From NCBI GenBank assembly GCA_964513505.1, contig CAZENL010000003.1, positions 8-64,007 on the forward strand: 64,000 nucleotides of DNA. Direction: 5' to 3'. A program made the translations under genes and the position numbers. The notes beneath the pieces are model-generated. The model did no database searches, was not told the origin of the DNA, and saw nothing but the letters and a program-made list of their open reading frames with translations. Source of the stretch: an uncultured Anaerolineaceae bacterium (GTDB lineage Bacteria; Chloroflexota; Limnocylindria; Limnocylindrales; CSP1-4). Within the stretch, counting starts at the first letter, position 1; every line of letters begins with the position of its first letter. This document shows, piece after piece, positions 43,560-52,820 of the stretch.

Positions 43560-44072
43560 TCAGGCCGTGCCTGGACCCCCACTGCGTGCCTGGTTCAGGG
43601 CCTGCGTCTCCTCGTCGGAGAGCGCCTGATCGGACTGGCCGGCGGTGATCGCCTTGATGTACACGCGGGTTGTCTGGCGTGAGTGCAGGCTGGAGAGGAC
43701 GAATCCGTTGTCCTCGGCGTCCAGGAGCGCGAGGGCGAACGACAGGTTGCCCCCCGTGTCCTCGCGGAACGGGTTGAAACGCACCAACCCGGCGCTCTGG
43801 ACGGCGAGGCGACCTTGCGCTTCCACGGCCTTGGTGCGCGCGGCCAGGCCATGGACGTCCTTCGCCAGGCCGTCGAGGCGCTGCATCTGCGAGGAAAGGA
43901 TCTGATCGAGCGCCGGATCGTCCACGAGCGTCGGGCCGGGCGTCGACGCGTGGCCGTGAGACGGCCTGCGCGATGCCCGCAAGGCAAGCATGAGGGCGAT
44001 CAGCGCAACCAGGAGTCCGAGCAGGGCGATGAGGCCCGCATTCGCCTGGACCGCGTCGACGAATGCTTGCAT
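43560..44072 (-). CDS. DUF4446 family protein
   Basis: An N-terminal TM helix precedes GLVRFNPFREDTGGNLSFALALLDAEDNGFVLSSLHSRQTTRVYIK. I prefer the ATG at 44072 over the TTG at 44075. Confidence 0.8.
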   Translation of the reverse strand: MQAFVDAVQANAGLIALLGLLVALIALMLALRASRRPSHGHASTPGPTLVDDPALDQILSSQMQRLDGLAKDVHGLAARTKAVEAQGRLAVQSAGLVRFNPFREDTGGNLSFALALLDAEDNGFVLSSLHSRQTTRVYIKAITAGQSDQALSDEETQALNQARSGGPGTA

Positions 44073-44080
44073 CAAGCCTG

Positions 44081-44086
44081 AGTCTA
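44081..44086 (-). promoter_or_regulatory. -10 hexamer TAGACT, 8 nt upstream of the DUF4446 ATG (leaderless candidate)
   Basis: The minus strand reads ccgcTAGACTcaggcttgATG. Confidence 0.45.
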
Positions 44087-44178
44087 GCGGCGCGATCGGC
44101 GCACGATGCTATCCTCGGTGGCCGATCCGCTACCGTTGCGATCGCAGGATCCCCGCAAACCAGGAGGTTCCAGGCCCA

Positions 44179-44577
44179 GTGGCCAAGCGAACACGAGTCA
44201 CGCGCTCCGCCCCCGCACGACCGGGCACGCGTGGTGCCTCCAGCAAGGGCCAGTCCGGGCCGCGCCGCGATGCCGTCGCACCTCGACCGATCAGCGCTCC
44301 GCTCGCGCCGGCGCAGCCGCTGCCGTCGGCCGTGGGCGCCACGTCGCTCGTCGAGGTTCAGCCCGGGGCCGCTTCGACAGCCGCCATCTCGCGTTCGCTG
44401 CCCGGCCGCATCAAGGTAAAGCCCAACAGCCTGCTGGCCGCGCGCGCGGAGACGGAGTACGTCTACGTCGGCCGCGACCTGCGCCGCATCGTGATCGTCG
44501 GCGCGGGCATGTTCGGGACCCTCATCGTGCTCTGGATTCTCCTCGTGGTGCTGGGGCTCTCCGGCCTCTACGGCTGA
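44179..44577 (+). CDS. Basic hypothetical protein with a C-terminal TM anchor
   Basis: This is trimmed to the GTG at 44179, with a GGAGG sequence 11 nt upstream. The C-terminus is IVIVGAGMFGTLIVLWILLVVLGLSGLYG. Confidence 0.55.
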   Translation: MAKRTRVTRSAPARPGTRGASSKGQSGPRRDAVAPRPISAPLAPAQPLPSAVGATSLVEVQPGAASTAAISRSLPGRIKVKPNSLLAARAETEYVYVGRDLRRIVIVGAGMFGTLIVLWILLVVLGLSGLYG

Positions 44578-44660
44578 GCAGGCAGTCGCGCCCACGCGCG
44601 CCAGCCCCCACGCCCCGTCAATCGGTGCCTTTGGCACCTGATCCTGCCCAAGGTTGCTGC

Positions 44661-44666
44661 TAGCCT
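44661..44666 (+). promoter_or_regulatory. -10-like hexamer TAGCCT, 7 nt upstream of the GTG at 44674 (leaderless candidate)
   Basis: The sequence reads tgcTAGCCTcccgagcGTG. Confidence 0.35.
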
Positions 44667-44673
44667 CCCGAGC

Positions 44674-45834
44674 GTGAGGCTGCGGTTCCTGCGTTCGGCG
44701 ACTGCGGCGGCCGTCATCGCCGCGGCGGTGCTTGGCGCCACTTCAGCGACGGGCCGAGGTGCGACCGCCCCACGTGCCGCCCTGCTGCCGTTGCTGTTCA
44801 ACGAAGGCGCGATCCAGCAGGACGTGGACGACGGACTGATCTGGGACCGTAAGGGGACGTGGGAGACCACGCAGATCCTCCACGAACCGGGGCGGCTCGT
44901 GATGAGCGTGCGGATCACGCCACCAGATGCAGGCCTGCCGGACAACGGCGGCCCCGCGGTCCTGTTCGCGCGGCTGTCGCTGTTCGGCGGCATCGGCGAA
45001 ATCGGCTGGGGACAGCAAGCCGCGCCGATCGTCTGGGCCCCGCTGAAGGCCTGCATCGGAGCGTCGCCGTGCACCTACGAAGGGCGGATTGTGATCCCGA
45101 CCAAGGGCCTCTACCGCCCCGTGCAGGACCCGCGCGTCAGCAGCTTCGAGGCCGCCGTGGACCTGAGTCTCGTGCGCACGTTCAACCGGGGAGCGTTGCT
45201 CCAGGTCCTGCCGCTGGCCCCCGACGAGGTGACCTACCGAGACTCCGGAACGTTGGGACGGCCGCTCCCGACTTCTGGTCCCATCCCATCGTTCGCCGCC
45301 TTTCCAAGAGCCCTCGCGCGGCCGACCGGAGACCTCGGCGGCGCGCGTCTCGACTACGCGGCGGTCGTGGACCAGGTCCGCCATGACCTCGGCGACTCGA
45401 GCGCTCCTCTGCCGACCGTAACCGGCAGGCTGGACCTGCACCTCGACTGCCGTGCCACTGTCGTTGCGGTTCGCGATGCCGATTGGAACGTTGCCTTCTA
45501 CCGAGAAGGGCCGGCCAGGACCGTTCACGCGGACTTCTCGCTCCTCGATGGGCGCGATTGGACGGTCATGGTGTTCGGGGCCGTTGCCGCCACGTTCAGC
45601 ACGGCCGGCTCGGATGTGCTCTTGCAGGGCAACCTGACCTGCGGACGCAATTACGGCGACATCGTTGGGGCTGTCACGGCGACTGCGACCGACCTCCCGC
45701 CGCTACCTCCCACGGACACCGGTCCCTCTGCGAACCAGCAGGGGCGACCCGGCGTGCTTCTGGTGCTCACGACGGTGTTCTGCTGCGCCTGGCTGGTGAT
45801 GTTCGCGAAGATGGCGAGACGCCTCGTCAGTTGA
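44674..45834 (+). CDS. Secreted or cell-surface hypothetical protein with a C-terminal membrane anchor
   Basis: It has a signal peptide (MRLRFLRSATAAAVIAAAVLGATSA). A Pro-rich stalk (LPPLPPTDTGPSANQQ) is followed by a TM helix and a basic tail (KMARRLVS). Confidence 0.65.
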   Translation: MRLRFLRSATAAAVIAAAVLGATSATGRGATAPRAALLPLLFNEGAIQQDVDDGLIWDRKGTWETTQILHEPGRLVMSVRITPPDAGLPDNGGPAVLFARLSLFGGIGEIGWGQQAAPIVWAPLKACIGASPCTYEGRIVIPTKGLYRPVQDPRVSSFEAAVDLSLVRTFNRGALLQVLPLAPDEVTYRDSGTLGRPLPTSGPIPSFAAFPRALARPTGDLGGARLDYAAVVDQVRHDLGDSSAPLPTVTGRLDLHLDCRATVVAVRDADWNVAFYREGPARTVHADFSLLDGRDWTVMVFGAVAATFSTAGSDVLLQGNLTCGRNYGDIVGAVTATATDLPPLPPTDTGPSANQQGRPGVLLVLTTVFCCAWLVMFAKMARRLVS

Positions 45835-45947
45835 CCCGGATGCCACGCCGGCGCAACGAGATCGATCAGTTTTCGAGAAGCCATCCTGACCGCGGGTCCC
45901 TAGCATCAGGACCAACCCCACCCAATCCAGCCACTGAGGAACCAGCC

Positions 45948-46403
45948 ATGAATGCCAAGAGCGTCACCCCAACCGAGCCGAAGGCCGGGAAGTTCTCCGC
46001 CGACGAAATGGCGGCCATGAAGAGTCGCGCCAAGGAGCTGAAGGCGGAAGCACGCGCGAACGACGAGAAGGCCGAAGGGCTCCGCGCCGTGCTCGAGGCG
46101 ATCGCCGCCATGGACACCCCGGATCGCACGTTGGCCGAGCGGATCCACGCGATCGTCACCGCCACCGCGCCGCAGCTCGCGCCCAAGACGTGGTACGGGA
46201 TGCCCGCCTACGCCAGGGACGGCAAGCTGGTCTGCTTCTTCAAGAGCGCGCAGAAGTTCAACTCGAGGTACGCGACGCTCGGCTTCGAGGAAGCGGCGAA
46301 GCTCGACGAAGGCGCCATGTGGCCGACCTCATACGCGCTGACGAAGTTGACCGCCGCCGACGAGGCACGCATTGCCGCGCTCGTGAAGCAGGCTGCCGGC
46401 TGA
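45948..46403 (+). CDS. DUF1801 (YdhG-like) domain protein
   Basis: This is trimmed to the ATG at 45948, with a GAGGA Shine-Dalgarno sequence. The sequence reads ...TWYGMPAYARDGKLVCFFKSAQKFNSRYATLGF... Confidence 0.75.
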   Translation: MNAKSVTPTEPKAGKFSADEMAAMKSRAKELKAEARANDEKAEGLRAVLEAIAAMDTPDRTLAERIHAIVTATAPQLAPKTWYGMPAYARDGKLVCFFKSAQKFNSRYATLGFEEAAKLDEGAMWPTSYALTKLTAADEARIAALVKQAAG

Positions 46404-46414
46404 GCACCTGAGGG

Positions 46415-46903
46415 TCATGCCCAGACGAGGTAGGCGAACGTGAACGCGTCCGTGCTGCTGGTCGGACTGTGCGTGACCTTGACCCGAGCGGTGCGGGTGC
46501 CCCACGTGTTGCCACTGACCCGGTGCCGTGCCGTGACGCAGAGCCACGTGCCACGCGGGAGGGACGTGAACGGGATCTCGCTCGTCCGCGCGTTCCGAAG
46601 GGCATCGCGGCACGCGCTGAACGACGGCGTCCCGCCGGACATCTTGCGCATGCCGTACTCCGGCATCAGGTAAGGCTGCCCGCCGCACGGCCCGCCCTCG
46701 CACATGTCGTACAGGAGGTCGGGGCCGATGAGGTTCTCATGCCCGGCCTTGCCTCTGTCCAGGTCGAAGAACTGCATCACCCCGATGTTCCCGGAGCCCT
46801 GCCTGTGGACGGCGTGGGCCGCGTCGACCGCCGGCCCGGACATCACCACGACGAGCAGCGCGAGTGCCCCGGCGCCCGCTGCCAGGTTCAATCGACCACG
46901 CAT
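46415..46903 (-). CDS. Secreted Cys-containing hypothetical protein
   Basis: An AGGAGG Shine-Dalgarno sequence and a signal peptide (LNLAAGAGALALLVVVMSGPAVDAAHA) are present. I recognise no family. Confidence 0.7.
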   Translation of the reverse strand: MRGRLNLAAGAGALALLVVVMSGPAVDAAHAVHRQGSGNIGVMQFFDLDRGKAGHENLIGPDLLYDMCEGGPCGGQPYLMPEYGMRKMSGGTPSFSACRDALRNARTSEIPFTSLPRGTWLCVTARHRVSGNTWGTRTARVKVTHSPTSSTDAFTFAYLVWA

Positions 46904-47069
46904 GCCCGATTCCTCCTGACGATTCCTGCGTTACGGCGTGCCCCATCCCTGCACGCGTCGCCAACACGGAACCATTGAGCGCCGCCACGCTCGCGCGCAA
47001 GTGCTGAAGGTCCCTCCCGTCTGGGTCTGAGTTCCGCGCACGCGTCACCGGCGGCCGACCGGATCCGGC

Positions 47070-48584
47070 TCAGCTACCGGCAGCCTCTCGCTTCTGCTTG
47101 TCGGCGGTCTTCTTCTTGACCTCTTCCCGCTCGCGCATGACCTTGCCGGCGACGCGCATGGGGTCGACCGTCCGGGCACTGCCCACCGTTGGCGCAGCGC
47201 GGCGCGCGCCACCGTGCTCGCGTGCCTCAGTGCGGGCCTCGCGCAGTCGTTCCAGGCGCGCGCCGATCTGCGTCTCCATGCCCTGGTCGGACGGGCGGTA
47301 GTAGACGCGATCCTTGAGCGCGTCCGGCAGGTATTGCTGCTCCACGTCCGCGTTCTCGAAATCGTGCGGGTAGCGATAACCAACGCCGATCCCGTGGCGC
47401 TTCAGCAGCGGATTGCCGGCCGTCAGGAGGTGTGGCGGGACCTGCTGGGAGCCGTGGTCCTGGACGTCCGCCATGGCGGCCCAGTACGCGGTCCCGACAC
47501 GGTTCGACTTGGGCGCCGAGGCCACGTACGCCGTGGCCTGCGCGAGCGCGTACTGGGCTTCCGGCAGCCCGATGAAGTCCAGCGCCTGCATGGCCGCCAC
47601 GGCCACCTGGAGCGCCCGAGGATCGGCATTGCCCACGTCCTCTGACGCGCAGATGACGATGCGCCGGGCCACGAACTTGGGGTCCTCGCCGGCCGCGATC
47701 ATGGTCGCCAGCCAGTACAGCGACGCGTCCGGATCGTTGCCGCGCATGCTCTTGATGAACGCGCTGACGGTGCCGTAATGGCCGTCCCCGGCCCGGTCGT
47801 AGGAGAGGATCCGCTCCTGCGCCGCGCTCTCGACGATCTCGAGCGTGGGCGACACGGGCTTGGGCACGTCTGGGTCGTCCAGTCCGGCCATGGCCACCGC
47901 GGCTTCCAGCACGTTCAGCGCGGCCCGTGCGTCGCCGGCGCTGATCGCCACCAGGTGCTCGCGCGCCTCGTCCGGCAGCGTCGCCGCGCCGGCGAAGCCA
48001 GCCGCGCCAGCCAGTGCCCGGTCCACGATCGTGCCCACCTGCTCGTCGGTCAGCGGCTCCAGCCGGAAGACGCGCATGCGCGACAGCAGCGCCGAGTTGA
48101 CCTCGAAATAGGGGTTCTCCGTGGTGGCGCCGATCAACGTGATCGTGCCGTCCTCCACCTGCGGCAGGAGCGCGTCCTGCTGGGCCTTGTTGAAGCGGTG
48201 GATCTCGTCGAGGAAGAGCACGGTTGACCGACCGCCCTGGTCGATCCACTCGCGCGCCCCGGCGATCACGGCGCGGACGTCCGCCACGCCGCTCATCACC
48301 GCGCTCAAGGTCGCAAACGGCGCATCCACGGCGTCCGCCAGCAGCCTCGCCAGCGTGGTCTTGCCGGTCCCTGGCGGTCCCCACAGCACCATGGACGCCA
48401 GGTGGCCGCGCTGGATCATGCGGCGCAGCGCGCCGCGCTCCCCGACCAGGTGCTCCTGGCCGACGAAATCGTCCAGCTTCTGCGGCCGCATGCGCGCCGC
48501 GAGGGGCGCATGGCCGCCGCTGCCACTGAAGTCAAGAGTCGGGCGAATGGGGCTCGCGATCCCCGAAGGTCGGCGGGGCGGCAT
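47070..48584 (-). CDS. rarA: Replication-associated recombination protein A (RarA/MgsA), with a basic C-terminal extension
   Basis: The sequence has LDDFVGQEHL and [17 protein letters not shown], is MgsA-like throughout, and carries a Lys/Arg/Glu-rich tail of about 60 aa. Confidence 0.93.
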   Translation of the reverse strand: MPPRRPSGIASPIRPTLDFSGSGGHAPLAARMRPQKLDDFVGQEHLVGERGALRRMIQRGHLASMVLWGPPGTGKTTLARLLADAVDAPFATLSAVMSGVADVRAVIAGAREWIDQGGRSTVLFLDEIHRFNKAQQDALLPQVEDGTITLIGATTENPYFEVNSALLSRMRVFRLEPLTDEQVGTIVDRALAGAAGFAGAATLPDEAREHLVAISAGDARAALNVLEAAVAMAGLDDPDVPKPVSPTLEIVESAAQERILSYDRAGDGHYGTVSAFIKSMRGNDPDASLYWLATMIAAGEDPKFVARRIVICASEDVGNADPRALQVAVAAMQALDFIGLPEAQYALAQATAYVASAPKSNRVGTAYWAAMADVQDHGSQQVPPHLLTAGNPLLKRHGIGVGYRYPHDFENADVEQQYLPDALKDRVYYRPSDQGMETQIGARLERLREARTEAREHGGARRAAPTVGSARTVDPMRVAGKVMREREEVKKKTADKQKREAAGS

Positions 48585-48591
48585 GGTCCCG

Positions 48592-48597
48592 AGTCTA
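48592..48597 (-). promoter_or_regulatory. -10 hexamer TAGACT, 7 nt upstream of the rarA ATG (leaderless candidate)
   Basis: The minus strand reads ccaccTAGACTcgggaccATG. Confidence 0.5.
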
Positions 48598-48610
48598 GGT
48601 GGCCCCTGGC

Positions 48611-49786
48611 TCAGACGCAGCGTCGCGCCACGAAGGTCTTGCTTCCCGCGTGTTGCGGCGTGCCGGTGACGGTCGAGCCGACCAGCCAGAGTTGCTTGCC
48701 GTCGATGAGTGCCAGCCCGCTTGCTTCGCCCGGCGTGGGCACGGCGACCCGCGCGAACGCATGCCCGCTCGATTGCATGACCAGCGCGGAGTCCTTGTCG
48801 TTGGGCTTCGGATAGAAGCCGGCGGCCCAGATGCTCGAGCTGGACTTCACAGCCAGCGCGGTGAGCGAACTGATCGCGGGCGAGGGCGCCGACACCGCGG
48901 ACCAGGCGTGCCCGTTGTAGTGCTGGACCTCGGCGGTCGGAAGAAACTCGTTGATGGACTCTCCGACGGCATACACGTCACCGCTCGACGCGGCGTCCAC
49001 CGCAACCAGCATTCCCTGGCTCACCGGTTGGGCGGCGGCCACCTGCGACCAGGCGTGTCCGTCCCAGTGCTCGATCAGCCGCGCGGTGTCGCCATGGAAG
49101 ACGCTGCCGACTGCCCAGACGTCGTCCGAGGCCACCGCGTCGACGGCCGCGAAATGGCCAACTCCGAGGAAGCCTGACGTGTCGACCGGGAAGGTCTTCC
49201 ACGCCGTCCCGTCGTAGTGGAGCGCCAACGGATTGAACTGGTTAGTGCCAACCACCCAGATGTCTTTGGCGGATACGGCGGCAATGCCGGTGAACGCGGT
49301 GCTCGAGCCGGCTCCCTCGAGGGCGGATGGCGCCTTGACCACCTTCCACGCGTGGCCGTCCCAGTGCTCGATGAGCCCTTCGCCCGTGTGGAGGTCGCTC
49401 GCCTTGGTGACCGTGGTCCCCACCGCCCAGGCGTTCTTGGAGCTGATGGCCACGACCGCATCGAGCTCGGTGCCCACGCTCGGGATCGACGAAACCGTCC
49501 ATTTCGTGCCGTTGTAGTGCTCGATCAGTGACTTCGTTGCGTTGGACGGACCGTGATCTCCGACGGCCCAGATGTTGGATGGGGACGTGCCCGCAACCGC
49601 CAGCAAGTCGCTGAGCGCGCCCCCTCCGTTAGGGCTGGCGATGGTGACCCATTTGGACCCGCAGGCGGAGGCCGGCCCGGTGTCCCGGCTCGTCGCCGGA
49701 CCTGCCGCGGCACTGGCAGCCCACGGTGCGAACGCGGTGATGACCGCGAGCCAGCTGACGATGGCGAGACCTCGCGATGCCCTCAT
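48611..49786 (-). CDS. Secreted beta-propeller-like repeat protein
   Basis: This is the ORF 48611..50293 trimmed to the ATG at 49786 (MRASRGLAIVSWLAVITAFAPWAASAAA). It has at least 5 repeats with an (I/L)xH(W/Y)(D/N)GxxW core: IEHYNGTKW, IEHWDGHAW (twice), LHYDGTAW and QHYNGHAW. Confidence 0.75.
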   Translation of the reverse strand: MRASRGLAIVSWLAVITAFAPWAASAAAGPATSRDTGPASACGSKWVTIASPNGGGALSDLLAVAGTSPSNIWAVGDHGPSNATKSLIEHYNGTKWTVSSIPSVGTELDAVVAISSKNAWAVGTTVTKASDLHTGEGLIEHWDGHAWKVVKAPSALEGAGSSTAFTGIAAVSAKDIWVVGTNQFNPLALHYDGTAWKTFPVDTSGFLGVGHFAAVDAVASDDVWAVGSVFHGDTARLIEHWDGHAWSQVAAAQPVSQGMLVAVDAASSGDVYAVGESINEFLPTAEVQHYNGHAWSAVSAPSPAISSLTALAVKSSSSIWAAGFYPKPNDKDSALVMQSSGHAFARVAVPTPGEASGLALIDGKQLWLVGSTVTGTPQHAGSKTFVARRCV

Positions 49787-50009
49787 GGTGGCGGCTCCCG
49801 ATCTGCGTGGCGACGGCCGTCCGAGAATACTCACCCGCGCAACACGACACTCTTGAACCTCGGCCATCGCGCGCGGCTGCGGCGCGCCGGTCCCCGCAAC
49901 CGATCTGCGACCGTCCCGAGACGACGCCGGCACGTGCGCCCGGCTACCATCGACATCGGCCCGTCCGTCACCCACTGGTGCGGAGCGCCGCACGCCAAGG
50001 AGTACCGCT

Positions 50010-51215
50010 GTGCCCGATACGGTCCAGCTACGCATCCCGGGTCCGACTCCCCTCCCCGACTCCGTCCGCGAGGCCGGCTCGCGGCAGATGGTCAACCACC
50101 GGGGTCCGGAGTTCAAGGAACTGCTCGGCCGGGTCACGGCGGGCATGAAGAAGGGCTTCAAGACCGACGCCGAAGTCCTGATCCTCACGTCCTCGGGCAC
50201 CGGGGCCCTGGAGGCAGCCGTGGTCAACACGCTGTCGCCGGGTGACAGCGTCCTCTCCGTGAACATCGGGGTGTTCGGCGATCGATTCGCCAAGATCGCC
50301 CGCCGCTACGGCGCAGACGTCACCAGCCTGATGGTCGAGCACGGCCACGCCGTGGTTCCCGCCGCGGTCGCCGCTGAGCTCCGCAAGATGGCAGCGGACG
50401 GCAAGCCGGCCGTCGCCGTCCTGGTCACCTTCAACGAGACCTCCACCGGCGTGACCAATCCGCTCGAGGCGATCGCCGCCGAGATCCACGCCGCCGCTCC
50501 GGACGCGCTGATCCTGGTCGACGCGGTCAGCGGCCTGGGCGCCATCCCGCTGGAGATGGACGCCTGGGGCCTGGATGTCGTCACCACGGGCTCGCAGAAG
50601 AGCTGGATGGTGCCGCCGGGTCTGGCCATGGTCGCCCTGTCCAAGAAGGCCTGGGATGCCGTGGCAGTCGCGCAGATGCCACGCTTCTATTTCGACCTGA
50701 CGCTCCACCGCGACGCGCTGGTCAAGGGCGAGACGCCCTGGACCCCGGCCGTGTCGGTCGCGTTCGGTCTGGACGAGGGGCTCAAGCTGATCGAGGCAGA
50801 GGGCTACCCGGCCATCTTCGCCCGCCACGCGGCGTGCGCGGCGGCGGCCCGTGCCGGTCTCCAGGCGCTGGGAATCCGTCTGCTGGCGGATCCCGCGTTC
50901 GCGTCGAACACCGTCACCAGTGCCTGGCTGCCAGAAGGAATCGAGTGGTCGGCGCTGACCAAGGCTTGCCGGGCGCGCGGCCTGGTGCTGGCCGGTGGCC
51001 AGGGCCCGCTGACCGGCAAGATCTTCCGCGTCGGCCATCTGGGCAAGGTCAGCGTGGATGACATCGTGCTGTGCATGGAGATCCTGGAGGCGGCACTGAC
51101 CGAGTTGGGCGTTGCGGTCAAGCCCGGCGCGGGGGCCGCGGCTGCCGCCCAGGCCGGTCGCACCGCAGCCACCGGCGCGGCGGAGCGAGAGCCCGCTCTC
51201 GCCACCACCCGTTAG
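50010..51215 (+). CDS. Class V (AGT/SerC-like) pyridoxal-phosphate aminotransferase
   Basis: The start is GTG with an AAGGAG sequence. The PLP-lysine region is TTGSQKSWMVPPG. It is adjacent to serA, which suggests a phosphoserine/serine aminotransferase role. Confidence 0.88.
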   Translation: MPDTVQLRIPGPTPLPDSVREAGSRQMVNHRGPEFKELLGRVTAGMKKGFKTDAEVLILTSSGTGALEAAVVNTLSPGDSVLSVNIGVFGDRFAKIARRYGADVTSLMVEHGHAVVPAAVAAELRKMAADGKPAVAVLVTFNETSTGVTNPLEAIAAEIHAAAPDALILVDAVSGLGAIPLEMDAWGLDVVTTGSQKSWMVPPGLAMVALSKKAWDAVAVAQMPRFYFDLTLHRDALVKGETPWTPAVSVAFGLDEGLKLIEAEGYPAIFARHAACAAAARAGLQALGIRLLADPAFASNTVTSAWLPEGIEWSALTKACRARGLVLAGGQGPLTGKIFRVGHLGKVSVDDIVLCMEILEAALTELGVAVKPGAGAAAAAQAGRTAATGAAEREPALATTR

Positions 51216-51230
51216 GCGGCGGGGGCTGAG

Positions 51231-52820
51231 ATGACAGATCTCACCCCCTCCACCACCGGCCGGAAGCGCATCCTGGTCGTGGAGCCCCTCGCCGAAGAGG
51301 GGCTCGCGATCCTGCGCACCGACCACGACGTGGAGGTCCATACGGGTCTCGAGCGCAGCGAGTTCCTGCGCATCCTTCCCGAGTACGACGCGCTGCTCGT
51401 GCGCAGCCAGGTCCAGGCCGATGCCGAGGCCGTGGCCGCCGGCACGCGCCTGCAGGTCATCGGCCGCGCCGGCGTCGGCGTGGACAACATCGATCTCGCG
51501 GCCGCCACCGAGGCCGGCATCGTGGTCGTCAACGCCCCGACGGGCAACACGATCGCGGCAGCGGAGCACACGCTGGCCCTGCTGTTCGCGCTCGCACGCC
51601 ACATCCCGGCCGCGGACGCCTCGCTCCGGCGGGGCGAATGGAAGCGCTCGCAGTTCACCGGCCGTGAGCTGCGCGGCAAGACCCTGGGCATCATCGGACT
51701 CGGCAAGATCGGCATGGCCATCGCCGACCGCGCGCGCGGCTGGGAGATGGACGTCCTGGGCCACGACCCGTACGTCACGGAGGACGCGGCGGCACTCCAC
51801 GGAGTACGGCTGCTGCCGATGAAGGATCTGCTCGCCCAGGCGGACGCGGTCACGGTCCACGTCCCGCTGACGCGCTCGACGCGGGGCCTGATCGGCGCCG
51901 ACGAGATCGCCCTCATGAAGCCGGGCGCATTCCTGGTGAACGTCGCGCGTGGCGGCGTGATCGAGGAGGCCGCACTCGCGACCGCCCTGACAGAGGGCCG
52001 GCTTGGCGGCGCGGCGGTGGACGTCTTCACCGAGGAGCCGCCCAAGGATTCGCCACTCATGTCGGCGCCGCACACCATCCTCACGCCCCACCTGGGCGCG
52101 TCCACCGCGGAGGCCCAGACGCGGGTCGCCGTGGAAGCCGCGGAGCAGGTGCTGGACGTGCTGGCCGGACGGTCGGCTCGTTATGCCGTCAATGCGCCGC
52201 TCCTGACGCCGGAGACGGCCCAGGTGATCGCGCCGTACCTGCCGCTGGCACGCACGCTGGGTCAGCTGTATGCCCAGTTCGCGCCGGACCTGGAGAACCT
52301 CACCCTGGAAGTGGCGGGCGAGCTCGCCTCGCACGACACCACCCCGCTCGTCGCCGCGGCACTCTCCGGACTGCTGGAGCCGGCCAGCGAAGGACGCGTC
52401 AACGTCATCAACGCACCATCGCTCGCCAAGGCGCGCGGCATCAACCTGGTGGAGCGAAAGATCCCGGAGTCCGGCCGTTACACCTCCATGCTCAGCCTCA
52501 CCGGCTCGGCAACGGTGGGCGGCACGGTGGCCGCCGGAAAGTCCCGACTCGTCCGGCTGGAGGACTACTGGCTGGACATGGGCCCAAGTCCGAACATGCT
52601 CATCACCCGTCACCGCGACCGGCCGGGGACCATGGGCACCATCGGGCTGATGCTCGGCAAGGCGGACGTCAACATCAGTGCCATGCACCTGGCTCGCGGT
52701 GAGCCGCGCGCGGACGCATTGATGATCCTTGCCCTGGACGATGTGGTTCCCGCGGATGTCGCCGCAGGCATCCGATCGCAAGAGGCGGTCCTGGGACTGT
52801 GGCTGATCCGGCTCGACTAG
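51231..52820 (+). CDS. serA: D-3-phosphoglycerate dehydrogenase (long form with an ACT domain)
   Basis: The sequence has GRAGVGVDNIDL and GIIGLGKIGMAIA, and a C-terminal ACT-like region. Confidence 0.94.
   Translation: MTDLTPSTTGRKRILVVEPLAEEGLAILRTDHDVEVHTGLERSEFLRILPEYDALLVRSQVQADAEAVAAGTRLQVIGRAGVGVDNIDLAAATEAGIVVVNAPTGNTIAAAEHTLALLFALARHIPAADASLRRGEWKRSQFTGRELRGKTLGIIGLGKIGMAIADRARGWEMDVLGHDPYVTEDAAALHGVRLLPMKDLLAQADAVTVHVPLTRSTRGLIGADEIALMKPGAFLVNVARGGVIEEAALATALTEGRLGGAAVDVFTEEPPKDSPLMSAPHTILTPHLGASTAEAQTRVAVEAAEQVLDVLAGRSARYAVNAPLLTPETAQVIAPYLPLARTLGQLYAQFAPDLENLTLEVAGELASHDTTPLVAAALSGLLEPASEGRVNVINAPSLAKARGINLVERKIPESGRYTSMLSLTGSATVGGTVAAGKSRLVRLEDYWLDMGPSPNMLITRHRDRPGTMGTIGLMLGKADVNISAMHLARGEPRADALMILALDDVVPADVAAGIRSQEAVLGLWLIRLD

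Noticed and set aside
49787-50009. The long (~170 nt) leader upstream of the aminotransferase/serA genes as a possible riboswitch or T-box
   Set aside because: There is no GGUGGUACC T-box core or other motif I recognise. The only structure is a small hairpin (GTGCGG-agcg-CCGCAC) before the Shine-Dalgarno sequence.
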